Notes: generated by a model not told the origin, from the sequence alone. Shown: positions 1 through 12,053, counted from the first letter of the stretch. The stretch is DNA of 64,000 nucleotides from Dictyostelium fasciculatum (GCF_000203815.1 NW_004457624.1:3058354-3122353); one strand, 5' to 3'. Translations and numbers: made by a program.

Positions 1-423
1 ATCTGGTTCATTCTATCAAAACTATCTCGTCAAGAAACAAATGATGGAATTCCTTTGTACCATTTTCTATTTTAAAAAGAATCCTTATACAAAGAAAAAA
101 ATTTATATTGATTCTTATATTAGGTATGAATGAAAAAAATAGAAAAGTTTAAAAAAAGAAATCAAAAACTAATAATAATTTAATTTATTTTTTTTATTTC
201 TTTTTTAGTTATTTTTATATTAGTTTTATTAAATTATATAATAATTATACAGTTGATCCACAAACTTTAACATTGTGTAAATTATTTTTAAATATTTTAA
301 TTGCATTTTCTATAAAGTATGTAAAAAACGAAAAAAGAAAAAGAAACAAATAATATTAATCTTACTAATTTGGTTTTTAGCAAAAATGACAAGATATCAT
401 TAAAATTCTATCAATTGAGAACA

Positions 424-1370
424 ATGGATTTTATGGTTAGAGAAGTCAATTTGGAATATGAAGTTAAACAAAATCGTAATCAATTGGCAGAATCATTCTT
501 TATTAAAAAGGAAGGTAGTAATAACTCACCTTTACTCTCTAATAATACATCCAATAATATGATTATAAAACCACTCGTTTCATTGACACCAAATGATAGT
601 AGTAGTACTTCTTCTACTACCTCTTCTGAAATCAAGAAACCAGGATTACCATTATTAAAGCTACCACCAAAAGTACCAAATCTTACCAACCTTCCATCAA
701 AAGATGGTAGCAATACAACATCAACACCTACAACTATTTCACCACCAAAGATACCTACATTAAATATACCACCCAAAGATGGAAACAATGCACAATCGGG
801 AACAACTCCTCCAAAGATACCAACATTGAATATACCACCCAAAGATGGGTCATCGCCTACTCTTAGTATCACACCACCAAAGATTCCATCGTTGAATATT
901 CCACCAAAAGTTCCCTCTTTGCCAAACCTTCCAACCAAGGATGGCACCAACTCACCAATTTCAATGGGTATACCAAAGATACCGGCATTAAACATCCCAC
1001 CAAAGGATTTACCGGGTGGTAGCTCAGGAACGACCCCTCCTAAAATACCAACACTCAATATTCCACCCAAGACAGCTGATGGTGCACCATCAATCAAACC
1101 TGTCCTCCCACTGTTGGCACTTCCACCTCGAACCACAAAGAGTGAGGTACCATCATTACCATCAGAACAAAACCCAGCACCAGGAGGCTTTCTTTCTGCC
1201 ATTGAACAAAAGATTGATTTACACGATCCAAAATTCCAATTGGTATTTGGTGATGCTGCAAGTAGCAATACACTTGGCGGTGGAGGTGCTGTTGACCAAC
1301 CGGAACCAACAGACAAGGAAATTAAAAATGAAAATCAAAGATATCAATTGGAAAGAGCCAATAGAAAATT
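424..1370 (+). CDS. Proline-rich tandem-repeat region: about 9 copies of an approximately 20-aa unit, TPPKIPTLNIPPKDG(x). It is either its own gene or the 5' exon of the downstream kinase/DUSP gene. The first ATG in ORF 370..1554 is at 424. A candidate donor GTATCA at 1371 pairs with the acceptor at 1509-1510 in correct phase.
   Basis: ORF 370..1554 (+). Repeats PPKIPTLNIPPKDG/PPKVPSLPNLPTKDG are visible in the translation. The region after 1372 is AT-rich and non-coding-like. Joining 424..1370 to 1511..2265 gives correct phase and a total CDS length divisible by 3. Confidence 0.45.
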
Positions 1371-1510
1371 GTATCACGACAAGGAATTACATATTTCTAT
1401 TTTACAATTAATTTTTAGTTTATTATTAAATCCAAAGTATGAAGAAAAAAGAAACAAAAAGATAGATAAAAAAAGTATTAATATATTTTTATTTTTATTT
1501 TTCTATTTAG

Positions 1511-4055
1511 TCAAACACTTGAACATTATTATTCAGATCAATATCCAATTTTAGCTAAAAAGTTAAATGTACCATTTATTTTACAATCACATATTAATCA
1601 TACTCAAAACGAACACATTATACCAGAATTGTGTGAAAAGACATTGGAAATGGGACCAAATCATTATAGAATCCTAAAGTTGTTGTTTAATCGATTATTC
1701 CATGCATCACCATTCAAAGATCTTAAAAGAGTGGCCAAGGGTGCATTTGGTACAGTTTACAAAGGATATGTAGCTCATGACGAAGGTTTGGAGGTTGCAG
1801 TCAAACTCATGCCAGTTCCAAAGAGTATTCATGATCGTTGCGTACTCCATGACATTTTTACAGAGATTCTCATTATGGATACCTTTAGAAGTGATCATCG
1901 TGCCTGTCATATGTTTGACTATGGTGTAGATGGTGAAAACTATTGGATTGCCATGAAATCCTATAAATGCTCTCTAAAGGAATGGAGATTAAAACAAACT
2001 GGAACTTTCCTTCAAAATCTACCATTATATTTGAATATTTATATGAATGTTTTATTAACTGTTCAATTTTTAGCTGAAAATAGTAAGAGAAAAAAACAAC
2101 CCAAAATAGATCTATTTTATACTAATTTTATCTCTCTTTTAGAAATCAATCATTTTGATATTAAATGTGATAATTTTTTGGTTCATCCAATTAAAAAAGG
2201 AACATTGGAAGAAGATTTTTGGAATCAACCAACAAGTGATCCAAATTTTATTGTTTGTTTAGCTGGTAACTATTTATAAATAATTTATCAATAACTGGTT
2301 TTAATCATTTTTATTATTTTATTAGATTGGGGAGAAGCAAAAGTTTATATTCATGATATTGATGGATACACAACAAGAAATAGAGGAACAGAATTTATAA
2401 AGAGTCCAGAAATGTTGATGATTGCATTTGCTTCACAAAAGACTAGAGAGAATTTCGATAGAAGAAAAAAGGTTGGAAGTAACACAACGTCGGATGTATG
2501 GTCGTTGGGATGTCTCTTTTACGAGTTGTTGACTGGTGACTTTTTATTCTATGATGACGATTGGGTAAAGTTCTTTATCCGTGTCACTCAACCCGGTCAA
2601 GAACTTATTACACCTGACAAGAAGGCAAAGATTAGCAACATGTCTGCAATTTGTGACTTTTTGGATTTCATTTTCGTCCGTGACCCATTCTATCGTCCAA
2701 CATTACGCGATCTATTGACTAAATTTGCAGTAGCCAAGCCACTCATATTGGCCGAGTTGGGACAAATCAAGATGAAGCTCAGTCAAGACGATCTGCTAAA
2801 TATCGAACAACCAAAACAATACTTTAGCGGTGGTGATGGTACAAGATACAAGGGACCTAGCAAGATCAGTGGACACTATACTCCAGGTCGTTTCTTCCCT
2901 CATAGCTACAACCTAAACAATCCAACTGGATTGCTCTCCAACAAAAATGCAAAGGCATCACAACAAACACTCTCTGATGACTCTTTGGCAAATGAACAAC
3001 CAGAATTCCCCGAACACAAATATCTCATGGAATATCCTTCAAAAATCACCTCTTTTATGTATATATCTTCTTATCAACCTTCCATGAATAGAAATCTTTT
3101 AAAAAATAATTATCGTATGTACAAACAAAATAATAGAAAAAAAGAATTTATTTATTTATAATTTATTTATTTTTATTTTTTTATAGATATAACTCATATA
3201 ATTAATTGTACTGGTTCACCAAATGCATTTCCTGATCATTTTGAATATTTACATTTACAATTGCACGATGATGAGTCACAAGATATCCTACATTCATTGA
3301 CTTCGGCATTTGATTTCATTAGAGATGCCATTGTACATCAAGGAAGAGTATTGATCGTGTCTGATAAGGGAATTAGTAGAAGTGCGGCATTGGCTATTGG
3401 TTATTTCATGGATTCTCGATCGATCAGCTATTTTGAAGCTTTTATTCTCATCCGTGACTGTCGTTACATTATCAACCCTAATCTTGGTTTTGTAGAGCAA
3501 CTCTGTCGCTGGGGTAAACAACGTCGTACACAAAAGGGTCTCGCAGAATGGGGTGGAGGTATTGAAGCCCAGTTTGCCAATACCAACAACACCACCACTC
3601 AGTTCCAATGTCTGTGTGGAGCATGTGTCTTTACGCTGTTGGCACCGTTTGACTCTACCAAATTCAAGAACCCTCGTAATTGCAACTGCTCCAAAGACCA
3701 GAGTCAAGACTGTCCAAATCTTTTGGGTTGCTCTTCTTTCCTACACGACATGAAGAAGTTGCACAATTATAGTAGTTCGTCCAATCATGTTATTTGGGGC
3801 TACACCAACATTACCAATGTAGTTGGTGATTATAAACGTTCTTCTGTTGAAATTCAATATCCAAAATCACCTCCAACAAACAGCATTAATAATGGTTCGA
3901 TCAACAGAAAAGACTGGACACTCTATAAATGTAAAACATGCCACTTTTTGACATACGCCATCAACAATAATCAAAATAACAATAATCAATTTACAGACAA
4001 GACCGTTGCAATCGTAACCAATATCAGAAGTGATAGATTAACTGTTAAAAGATAA
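1511..4055 (+). CDS. Protein kinase domain fused to a C-terminal dual-specificity-phosphatase-like domain. Exons are 1511 (or ATG 1650)..2265, 2326..3114 and 3187..4055. Kinase motifs: G-loop AKGAFGTVYKG, VAVK, HFDIKCDN (HRD-like), DWG (DFG-like), SDVWSLGC. DUSP-fold motifs: ITHIINCTG ... VSDKGISRS.
   Basis: ORFs 1629..2279, 2412..3161 and 3261..4055 join through introns 2266..2325 (GTAACT...TTATTAG) and 3115..3186 (GTATGT...TTTATAG). Phases are consistent and ATG1650-to-stop is 2274 nt, which is 758 codons. The kinase activation segment VCLAG|DWGEAKV spans the first intron. Confidence 0.75.
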
Positions 4056-4094
4056 TAAATTTATTTATAATAATTTTATAAAGCTGTATATATA

Positions 4095-4665
4095 TACCGA
4101 ACCATTTTTGTTCTCCTTTGGTTTGAACCAAGACGATTCCAGTGGGGGTGCCCCCAAGCACCTCCTTTCAGTAGTTGCTCACCTCCTCTGGAATCTTCCA
4201 TTATATCTGCTGACAAATTCAACCAAGAAGCCACACCTTTTGAGAAATAATGAGATGATTTTAAATATCGGTACTTCTCATTGAAAGAATTGTTTGATCT
4301 TTCAACTGTTGTGTCTCTTTTCAAGTTTGATTTTGGCATGATCAAGATGAAGTGCTTAAAAAACCAGTATGGTATGAGTCAAGGAAATTAACTAAAGAAG
4401 AAGTTAATTATGACCGTGAATACCTAGCAGTTATCAACATGCTGAAGAAATATGAACATTTACTATTGGACATGGGAGAGTTCACAGTGTACACGGACCA
4501 TGAAGCGTGTACACACTCCCACAATCAGAAACAACTGTCAATAAGGTTACCGTCATAACCGTTTCCATATGCCACCAAGATGTTCAATGACATCGGTAGG
4601 GTAAGAGACATCGTCAAAGACAACATGATTGACGCTCAAAGAAATGGATTTAAATGAATCTTGTA
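4095..4665 (+). mobile_element. Decayed fragment of a Ty3/gypsy-type LTR retrotransposon pol gene (RT C-terminus and RNase H), frameshifted.
   Basis: Translation FGLNQDDSSGGAPKHLL resembles the RT FGLxNAP motif. ORF 4352..4558 (WYESRKLTKEEVNYDREYLAVINMLKKYEHLLLDMGEFTVYTDHEA) matches the canonical RNase H / YxxRKL...TDH motif of gypsy pol. The block is GC-richer than its AT-rich flanks and has no intact ORF. Confidence 0.6.
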
Positions 4666-5072
4666 CCTAGTTTGGAACTGTAGCTGTTGTTTTGCTTTCC
4701 TCTAAAATTAATTAAAAGTGTAATTAACCATTTTTTAAAAAAAGAAATAAAAATTGAGGGTAGTATATATACGCCAATAAATAACCATTACATTAATACA
4801 TTACCTAAAAGTGTACAAGATCTAGTTCCAAACAACAATATAACTGGGTATTTTAAAAATTACTAAATAAAGGAACAAAATTTGTTAAGTTATTAATTGA
4901 AGTAAAATAATTATGGTTGTGGTTGAAGAAATGGAGTGGTAATCAGACTCTCAAATAATTTATTTATTTTATAATGTGGGGTAAATCAATGGGTCAATCT
5001 TTTGCAATGAGAAAGAGTTGTGTGACCTTTTTAGATATATTGTTTGTCATCGGGCGACATTTATTTATTTAT

Positions 5073-7340
5073 TTAAATTTTGAATAAATTATTACTAACA
5101 AGAGAATCAACTAGATGAGCTGATGATCCATTAGTGTTGTTATTATTTTGAATATTAGTATTATTATTATTGTTATTATTGATTGGTTTGGTTGGAGTTG
5201 AGGTTGGAGTCGGGGCTATAGCCAATTGAGTAGAGAAGGAAGAGGATGGAGGTTGTTTTTCCAAAAGGAAGTCAAATAATTGTTTGATGACAAGAGAAAA
5301 ATCACCTGGGAGGGTGAGATATTTGGAGAGGAAGAGAGTTCTTTCGGCCATGAATTTGTGTTTTGATTGGATCCAAAAGTCTTTGAGATTGGCACATACC
5401 GGTTGGTTGTACGAGACGATGGGACGGAACTGCGATGAGATGGTGGGGCAGACACGATTAGAGCCAAGACAGAGCTTGCGAATAGTATGGTTCTTGCCAA
5501 GTGAAATGAGAAAGTGGATGGCACCAACATTGTCGACAATGTTGTCGTAGAGTGACAACTCCATAAGGGTAGTGTTTTGCGAGAGGTATTCGGCAATCAC
5601 CATACCACCTTTGGAGTCGATGTGGTTGTTGTTGAGGTGGATAGACTTGAGTGTCTTGTTGTGCCAAAGACCATTCTTAACAATATCGATAATATCGGCT
5701 GAAGTGAGCTCGTTGTAGCCCAATGAGAGTGATTGGATGGCAGTGTTGGTGCTGAGCAAGTTGGACAACTCTTCTTTGAGTGCATCTGAGCTGTTGAGGT
5801 CACATCCCCAGAGAACGATTTGTGAGATGGTGGTGTTCATCTGCAATGTCTGGAAGAGCTCGATACCTCCACCACCAAGTCCACCTCCACCAGCGTAGCA
5901 TAGCGAACGCACGCATTGATCCTCGTCATCGGCACCACCCTCATCAGATAGCGAGCAGTCGGATAAATTGAGCGACCTAAGAGTAGTGTTGGAACCGAGT
6001 GACTCTGCAAATGACAATGCAGTCATCTCGGACAATTGGTTGCAGCTGAGATCAATCGACTGGATGATTGTGTTTTGTTTGAACAAATTGCCAATCATTG
6101 CACCAATATCGTCGCCAAACTCATTCTCTGAGAGTGATAGTTCGGTGATGGAAGTGTTTTTGTGACGTAATGCATCGGCGATTGCACTGACTGCGCAGTC
6201 GTCCAATTCGTTGCCAATGAGGAACAGCGATCTAATGGTATTGTTGACTTTGATGACCTCGGCGATATGTGTGCCGTTGGAACCGATTGTGCTAAACGAC
6301 AGGTCGAGGTGAGTGATGGAACGGTTGGCAGTCAAAGCGTCGCACAGCGACATGACCATTTCAAGGGACATGGGATTGGCACTCATGTCAAGTGTCTGTA
6401 CACTGTTGTTCTTTTTGATGGCATCGCAAAAGCTGTAGAATGCACGACAACACATGCTAAAGTTGCTGGGCACCTTGAGGACGGTCAACGATGTGCTGTT
6501 GGCAATGTACTTGCTGAGTACGACCACATCGGCAAACGATAGTTGGTCGCGATCAAAGCAGAGTGACCTCAAAGAGGTCATCTCGTCGTTGAAAAGAAGC
6601 TTATAGTCGCAGGTTGGGATTGCACCAGCTTTGCTATGGAATTTAATGGTTGAAAAGAGACATTTACTGCCACCACTGATAATACCATCGGTCATGAATC
6701 GGAGCACGGTGCTCAATTGTCTTCTCGATACTATTTTGACAACTCCACATATGCTAATTGGTACAATCTTGTCGGCCCATAATTTACAAACTCCTGCCAA
6801 GTTTAATACATTGTTTAAATATTTACAAAATGATGTTGCATCATCATTATCACAAGCAGCAGCGGTATTATTATTATTTGTTGCTGTTGTTGTTGTTGGT
6901 TTGGTTATTAATTGTTGATTGTTATTGTTTCCACTGCTCTTTTGATCGCTAAAGTATTGTTTACTTCTTGCTATGCTTTCACTGCTATTGACATCGTAAC
7001 AAAAGTTGTGAAAGTATGGGTTTGCAGGTACGTCTTGACAAACAAGTTTTGAATTTAAATGTTTGAATATCTCTACCAATACAAACTTTGGTAAATCATT
7101 AATGTTTTCTACTCTATCACATGTTGTTGTTGTTGATGTTTTCGTTGTTTGTTTGTCTTGATATATCTCTTGTGAAGATGATAATAGTGGATTACAGCTT
7201 GATGCTACTGCAGCTGCTGCCGCTGCCGCTACTACCGTAGAGACATCTGTACTACTACCACCACTACTATTACTACTATTGTTCAAATTGTGCTTAGACA
7301 AGTCGTTGATTATATTGCTAAGTATCTTTATGTCTGTCAT
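5073..7340 (-). CDS. F-box-like / RNI-type leucine-rich-repeat protein (755 aa, apparently single exon).
   Basis: ORF 5073..7340 (-). An N-terminal F-box-like LPKFVLVEIFKHL is followed by many ribonuclease-inhibitor-type LRRs (LDLSFSTIGSNGTHIAEV.., LSLSENEFGDDIG.., LNLSDCSLSDEG..). It has poly-A/S/T/N low-complexity segments. Confidence 0.6.
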   Translation of the reverse strand: MTDIKILSNIINDLSKHNLNNSSNSSGGSSTDVSTVVAAAAAAAVASSCNPLLSSSQEIYQDKQTTKTSTTTTCDRVENINDLPKFVLVEIFKHLNSKLVCQDVPANPYFHNFCYDVNSSESIARSKQYFSDQKSSGNNNNQQLITKPTTTTATNNNNTAAACDNDDATSFCKYLNNVLNLAGVCKLWADKIVPISICGVVKIVSRRQLSTVLRFMTDGIISGGSKCLFSTIKFHSKAGAIPTCDYKLLFNDEMTSLRSLCFDRDQLSFADVVVLSKYIANSTSLTVLKVPSNFSMCCRAFYSFCDAIKKNNSVQTLDMSANPMSLEMVMSLCDALTANRSITHLDLSFSTIGSNGTHIAEVIKVNNTIRSLFLIGNELDDCAVSAIADALRHKNTSITELSLSENEFGDDIGAMIGNLFKQNTIIQSIDLSCNQLSEMTALSFAESLGSNTTLRSLNLSDCSLSDEGGADDEDQCVRSLCYAGGGGLGGGGIELFQTLQMNTTISQIVLWGCDLNSSDALKEELSNLLSTNTAIQSLSLGYNELTSADIIDIVKNGLWHNKTLKSIHLNNNHIDSKGGMVIAEYLSQNTTLMELSLYDNIVDNVGAIHFLISLGKNHTIRKLCLGSNRVCPTISSQFRPIVSYNQPVCANLKDFWIQSKHKFMAERTLFLSKYLTLPGDFSLVIKQLFDFLLEKQPPSSSFSTQLAIAPTPTSTPTKPINNNNNNNTNIQNNNNTNGSSAHLVDSLVSNNLFKI

Positions 7341-8738
7341 TTAATCTTTCTATTAATAATATAATAAAAAAAAGTAAAGAAATAATTATAATGTTAATTT
7401 ACTGCAATACATAGAAATAGAGAAAGATATATAGTTGTTGTTGTTGTTTGAAATAATAATAATAAATATATAGAGTAGTAAAAGTGTGGCAAGCTTGTGT
7501 CGGTGAAGGAAGGAATATTACTTTTGGTTTGGTTTGGTTAGGTGTGGGGAGCTTCGATGGTGGTGTTCGATGATTCTAAATTTTTTTTATATTATGAAAA
7601 ATCTTAATTTAATTCTTCTTTTTTGACGTCAACGAAATATTATTATTATAGAGTCAAAAAAACTAAAACTAGTGCTAGTAGTACTTTTTAAATAAATAAA
7701 TAAATAAGTTAAGAGAGAGAGAGTATAGTTTTACAAATTTGTTGTGATGAGAGTGAGAGGGAGAGAGACAAATCAAATGTTTTTTTTTGTTGAACTAGAG
7801 AGGAGGGAGGACGGATGCCTACACAATTTTATTGCGAATTTTATCGAACATGGAGCCAAAGAATGTTCTGTCTGCAAAAGGATCTCCTTTTTTGTCAAAG
7901 ATCGAATTTTCTATTTTTTTCGAATTTTTAAAAAACCGACGTCCAGCGCAAGACAGAACATTCTTTGTGAGAGGTCGCCGCTCTATCGAACAATGAGAGA
8001 CAATTAAATTTCGCTTGGTCGTTTTGATGGGCGAAATTAATTAACAGAAAGAATGTGGATCCCACCGATAGATGCCCATCTGGCTCCTCTCATCATCGAC
8101 TTGGCATTGTAGAGACAAAGAACCATCTTCACACACATCAAAAGAGTAAGATATCTAGATAGATTGATGTTTGTTTGTTTTGACTTGTCAAGAATGCATT
8201 AAATGTATATATGCGTAACCATTATAATCGTCGTGACGAGGAGGAAGAGGAGGTCGAACATCGAGTAGCAGTAGATCAATCAACAATCCCTCCCCCTTTC
8301 ATCCATCCCTCTTCTTTGCTTCTTTCTTCTCTCTCTACTCTTATCACCATCTATCAAAGAAAGAAAGAATACTCTATATTTTATTCATTAAATCGATATT
8401 ATACTCTAATATTAGGAAACACAAAGAAGGATTCTTCCTACTCTCATCATTACCCCATCATGTTAACAGTCAACCTGGCCGAATGGAATGTGTATGGGGG
8501 TGATCCATTTAAAAATAACCACCATCATAAATCTATCATATCATGATGGTGATAATAGGAGGGGGTACTTTCACACTTGCTATCTCGAGTTGTTGTTGTT
8601 GATGATGGAACTCAACTCATTGTTCTCTCTCTTCTGTATATTCCCTTCCTTCTTTTTTTTTTTGTTCGAGAATACAATTGTAGCATCCATCTAATTCTTT
8701 CCATCTCTCTCTTTTTACCAGTTATTAGATCTATTAAT

Positions 8739-10632
8739 ATGGTCAACAACAAAAAACAATATAATCCCAATAATAATAATAATGGAAAATACATTATATA
8801 TTTATGCATCATAATAGTATCAGTACTTTTTTCAATACTGTATTACAGTCAACGGATAAGTAGTGATACTACTGATGGTAATTCAAAATCAACACTAGTC
8901 CAACACAATAATGCTATAGTTGGTGCACCATCAACAGTGGAACAGCAAGAAGATAAAGTTGTACCACCTCTATTTATGCAAGTTTTATATTTGCATCAAG
9001 AACAATTGAATTTGATATATGATTATAGTGGACCTGATGACTGCTACTTTGAGTTGATTGTCTCAAAAGAGAAACTACAACGAAATAGTAATAGTCAATT
9101 TAGAAACAACCAAAATACCGGTGGACCATATCGATTATCATGCTTTGCCTTTTTTAAAACGATACGGGCTGTTCACGAGGATGAAATCGAGTCGCTGGTC
9201 ATCCACCTAGGTGCCAACATTACATTTGCTCCACAACAATTCCGTGCACTCGAAATATTCCAACAGGCCGTTCAAATGTTGGAGCAACGCACTCAACATC
9301 ATATTGCAGTGGTCGGTCAGTGTCGGCTGTACCCAGTCATCCAAGAATTGGTGTTTGACCAATTCGCAACGGTCAATCGAATATGGAACTATCGATACTC
9401 TACTAAATCCTATCAAATGGTTGGAGGTTATGCTGAAGTTGTCCTCGATTTAGACAACCAGCAACGTTGTGATATGATAGTTGGTAGTCACAAGGAAGAA
9501 GGTATACTATTACACATGTACAAAACACAATCACAAAAAGTCAAGGTATTTTACAACCATTTGCAACAACTCCAATTCTCTTCCAACTTTTTGGTTAGTG
9601 GCGGCAAGGAGTTTTGTGACACACATCAAATCCTATTGCACAAGTCGAGTGCTAGAGGTATGTGTGGAGCACTCCATCTTCAAGCCTATTCCTTTACACG
9701 TGCCATTGAATTTAATAGAATATTTGTCCTAAACGATTCAACTTTTTCCTTTTTTACAAATGATTGGACCGAATTATTTTTACCCTACTCTATGTAAGAA
9801 AAAGAAACAAATGATACATTAAATAGATATATGTTTCTAATATTTTTTCTATTTTAGATGTAAATGGAATTGGATAAATGAATTTAAAGATTCACAAGTA
9901 TTAAATGGATTATATGGAACAGATGAATACAACAAGAGTGCAAGAATATCGATTATAGAAAAGGATCATCCTGTAAAGATTACCTTTTTCGTGACACCTA
10001 GTAAATTCCCAACACAGTTTATGGACAGTGCCAGGGCATTTAGATCACACTTGATGCGATGGATGATGACATTATCGTATCCCATGCGTGAATTCCTTAC
10101 AACCACGAGGAAACAAGTGTTTGGAGAAAAATTATTGGCCAAAAACAATGGACTTGCACCGAGATGCATTGCAATGCATGTACGACACGGAGACAAACTC
10201 ATCAGTGAAGCCAAGTTGGTCGACCTGCAAGTCTATCTAGATGTATTGAACAAAAAGATTAACGAGTTTAAATCAAACCTACAGATTGACATTGGCAATG
10301 TCTTTTTGATGACTGACAACACAACCATCATCGACCGTATCGAAGCAATACCCAATCGACCGTACAAGCTACACTATCTCACCGATGTCGATCGAGGTGA
10401 CAATGATGTTGCAATGGACATTGAAACTGGCATCATCGACCCATCCAAAAAGACCATCATTGGAAGACTCCTCCTTGCCGAGCTCTTGATCGCATCCGAT
10501 TGCGATTACTTTATAGGTACAATGTCATCCAACATTGGAAGAACCATCGCCGAACTAATGTCTGCTAAATTAAACAAAGAATATATCCTATGGGAAAGTG
10601 TTGATGATACAATTTGGTCTGTTGATCCCTAA
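8739..10632 (+). CDS. Type II membrane glycosyltransferase, GT23-like (FUT8/NodZ-type fucosyltransferase family). Exons 8739..9793 and 9858..10632.
   Basis: It has an N-terminal signal anchor (KYIIYLCIIIVSVLFSILYY). Conserved motif AMHVRHGDKLISEAKL is FUT8-like (VHVRRTDK). The C-terminal motif SDCDYFIGTMSSNIGRTIAELM is also present. The intron 9794..9857 (GTAAGA..TTTTAG) joins ORFs 8577..9797 and 9991..10632 in phase. Confidence 0.55.
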
Positions 10633-10968
10633 ACAAATAAACGTTAAGATATATACATATTCATATCTACATAATTTCTTTTCTCTATCATCGAATTGAA
10701 ATAATAATAAATTTGAAATGTTGTTTTGTTTGCTAAAGTATGTAAGTTTTAAAATATTAATGTATTTATCTAGATATAGTGTAATGATGATGATAATAAT
10801 GATGATAATAAAGTAAAGTGTTAGTAAACTTGATTTGATGTTGTGCTATGAATGATGTATCTTGTATAGTCAAGTAAACTACATACTTTTTTGTGATAAT
10901 GGAATATAACAAGTTTAAATGGTCAAATCCACTACTACTACGATTAGTTACAAAGAGGGTGTGTTTGT

Positions 10969-11190
10969 TTAGTACCATGACTCCTTGTGAGATTCGTGGT
11001 AGGTATGGTTGGCCCAGTTGACAGTGACACCGAGAGCAACAAAGTATGGAACAATGTAGAGAGCGTTTTCTCTGACACCTCTCTTCAAATGTGGGATGGC
11101 ATTCTTAAAGTAGTTTACAAACAACTTTTGTTGGAATGGTGATAAGGTGTATGTGATTTGCTTTCCGTAAACTTTTCCTCCGCCGCCCAT
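10969..11190 (-). CDS. Ubiquinol-cytochrome c reductase complex subunit 8 (QCR8/UQCRQ-like, 73 aa).
   Basis: ORF 10969..11190 (-): MGGGGKVYGKQITYTLSPFQQKLFVNYFKNAIPHLKRGVRENALYIVPYFVA. It matches the UQCRQ pattern (…YSLSPFEQR…KGIPN…RR…VPxFV). Confidence 0.65.
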   Translation of the reverse strand: MGGGGKVYGKQITYTLSPFQQKLFVNYFKNAIPHLKRGVRENALYIVPYFVALGVTVNWANHTYHESHKESWY

Positions 11191-12053
11191 TTTCTTATTT
11201 ATCTTATTTCTAAAGGGGTAGTAATATATTAGAATCTATAGATTGCTTGCAAGTTGTTCTGATGAACGAAGAGGAAAGGTGTGTGAATGATCGCAGAGAC
11301 AGAAAAAAAAAAAAATCAAAAAAAATAAAACAAAAAGTCACACATCATCACTCTCTCTTTGTTGTTGTAGAACAAACAAAGATAGAGATATACTATACAT
11401 TGTATAATATCCTCCTACATATATCTACTTTGATCCATTTACATCGTTGGCACAATACTACACAATATTTATTATTACGATCTTATCAAGGGATGTCCCT
11501 GGTCATATGACACAATCAAACATGACATGACATGATTGTTTCATTTCATTATTTTACATTTTTAAAAAACATATTATATTATACTTAGACTCTTATTTGG
11601 TTTTAAAAGTAAGTAAAAGGAAAGTACTCCTTTTTCTAGTTGGAAGAAGTACGGTACTTTGGGAGTACGGCTCGTTTTAATAAACCGCCAAAAAGTAATT
11701 AAAATTGATTTTTGTTTTTTTCTCTCGTCACAGCTTGCGTAACCAACAAAAAGGCGAACGAGTCGTTTTTAACTCTTTCCTGAACTTTCGTTAGGCAAGT
11801 GTAGAGATAAAGATAATTATTTTATTTGTTATATATATATAATATATTTTCGTAAATTTATTTATATAATAATCTAAAACAATCGTACTACTTTCTTTAA
11901 GTTTTTTAAATCGTTCATTACAAACTATTTAACTAAACCATATCTACACTTTATATATATATCTTTTTTTTTTTTTTTTTAAAAACAACAAACAACAACA
12001 AATACATATAAATTTATTTATTTATATACATATATAATTATACTTTTAAAGAA

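Noticed and set aside
480-1316. 278-aa ORF on the minus strand opposite the proline-rich repeat gene.
   Set aside because: It is the antisense reading of the tandem repeat (GGIFNVGIFGG..) and has the same periodicity and no independent start or stop context. It is a mirror artefact of a repetitive coding region.
7744-8546. ORFs 7744..8007 and 8211..8546 and a 17-bp inverted repeat (AAGAATGTTCTGTCTGC/GCAAGACAGAACATTCTT) between the LRR gene and the fucosyltransferase gene.
   Set aside because: The translations are low-complexity with no homology. The region is the shared upstream area of two divergent genes. The inverted repeat may be a regulatory hairpin, but there is no coding evidence.
11600-11800. 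GC-richer segment with repeated GTAC motifs upstream of CTP synthase, considered as a possible snRNA or other ncRNA.
   Set aside because: It shows no match to conserved U1/U2/U4/U5/U6, SRP or RNase P cores and no convincing stem-loop architecture. It is more likely promoter or 5' UTR of the highly expressed ctps gene.
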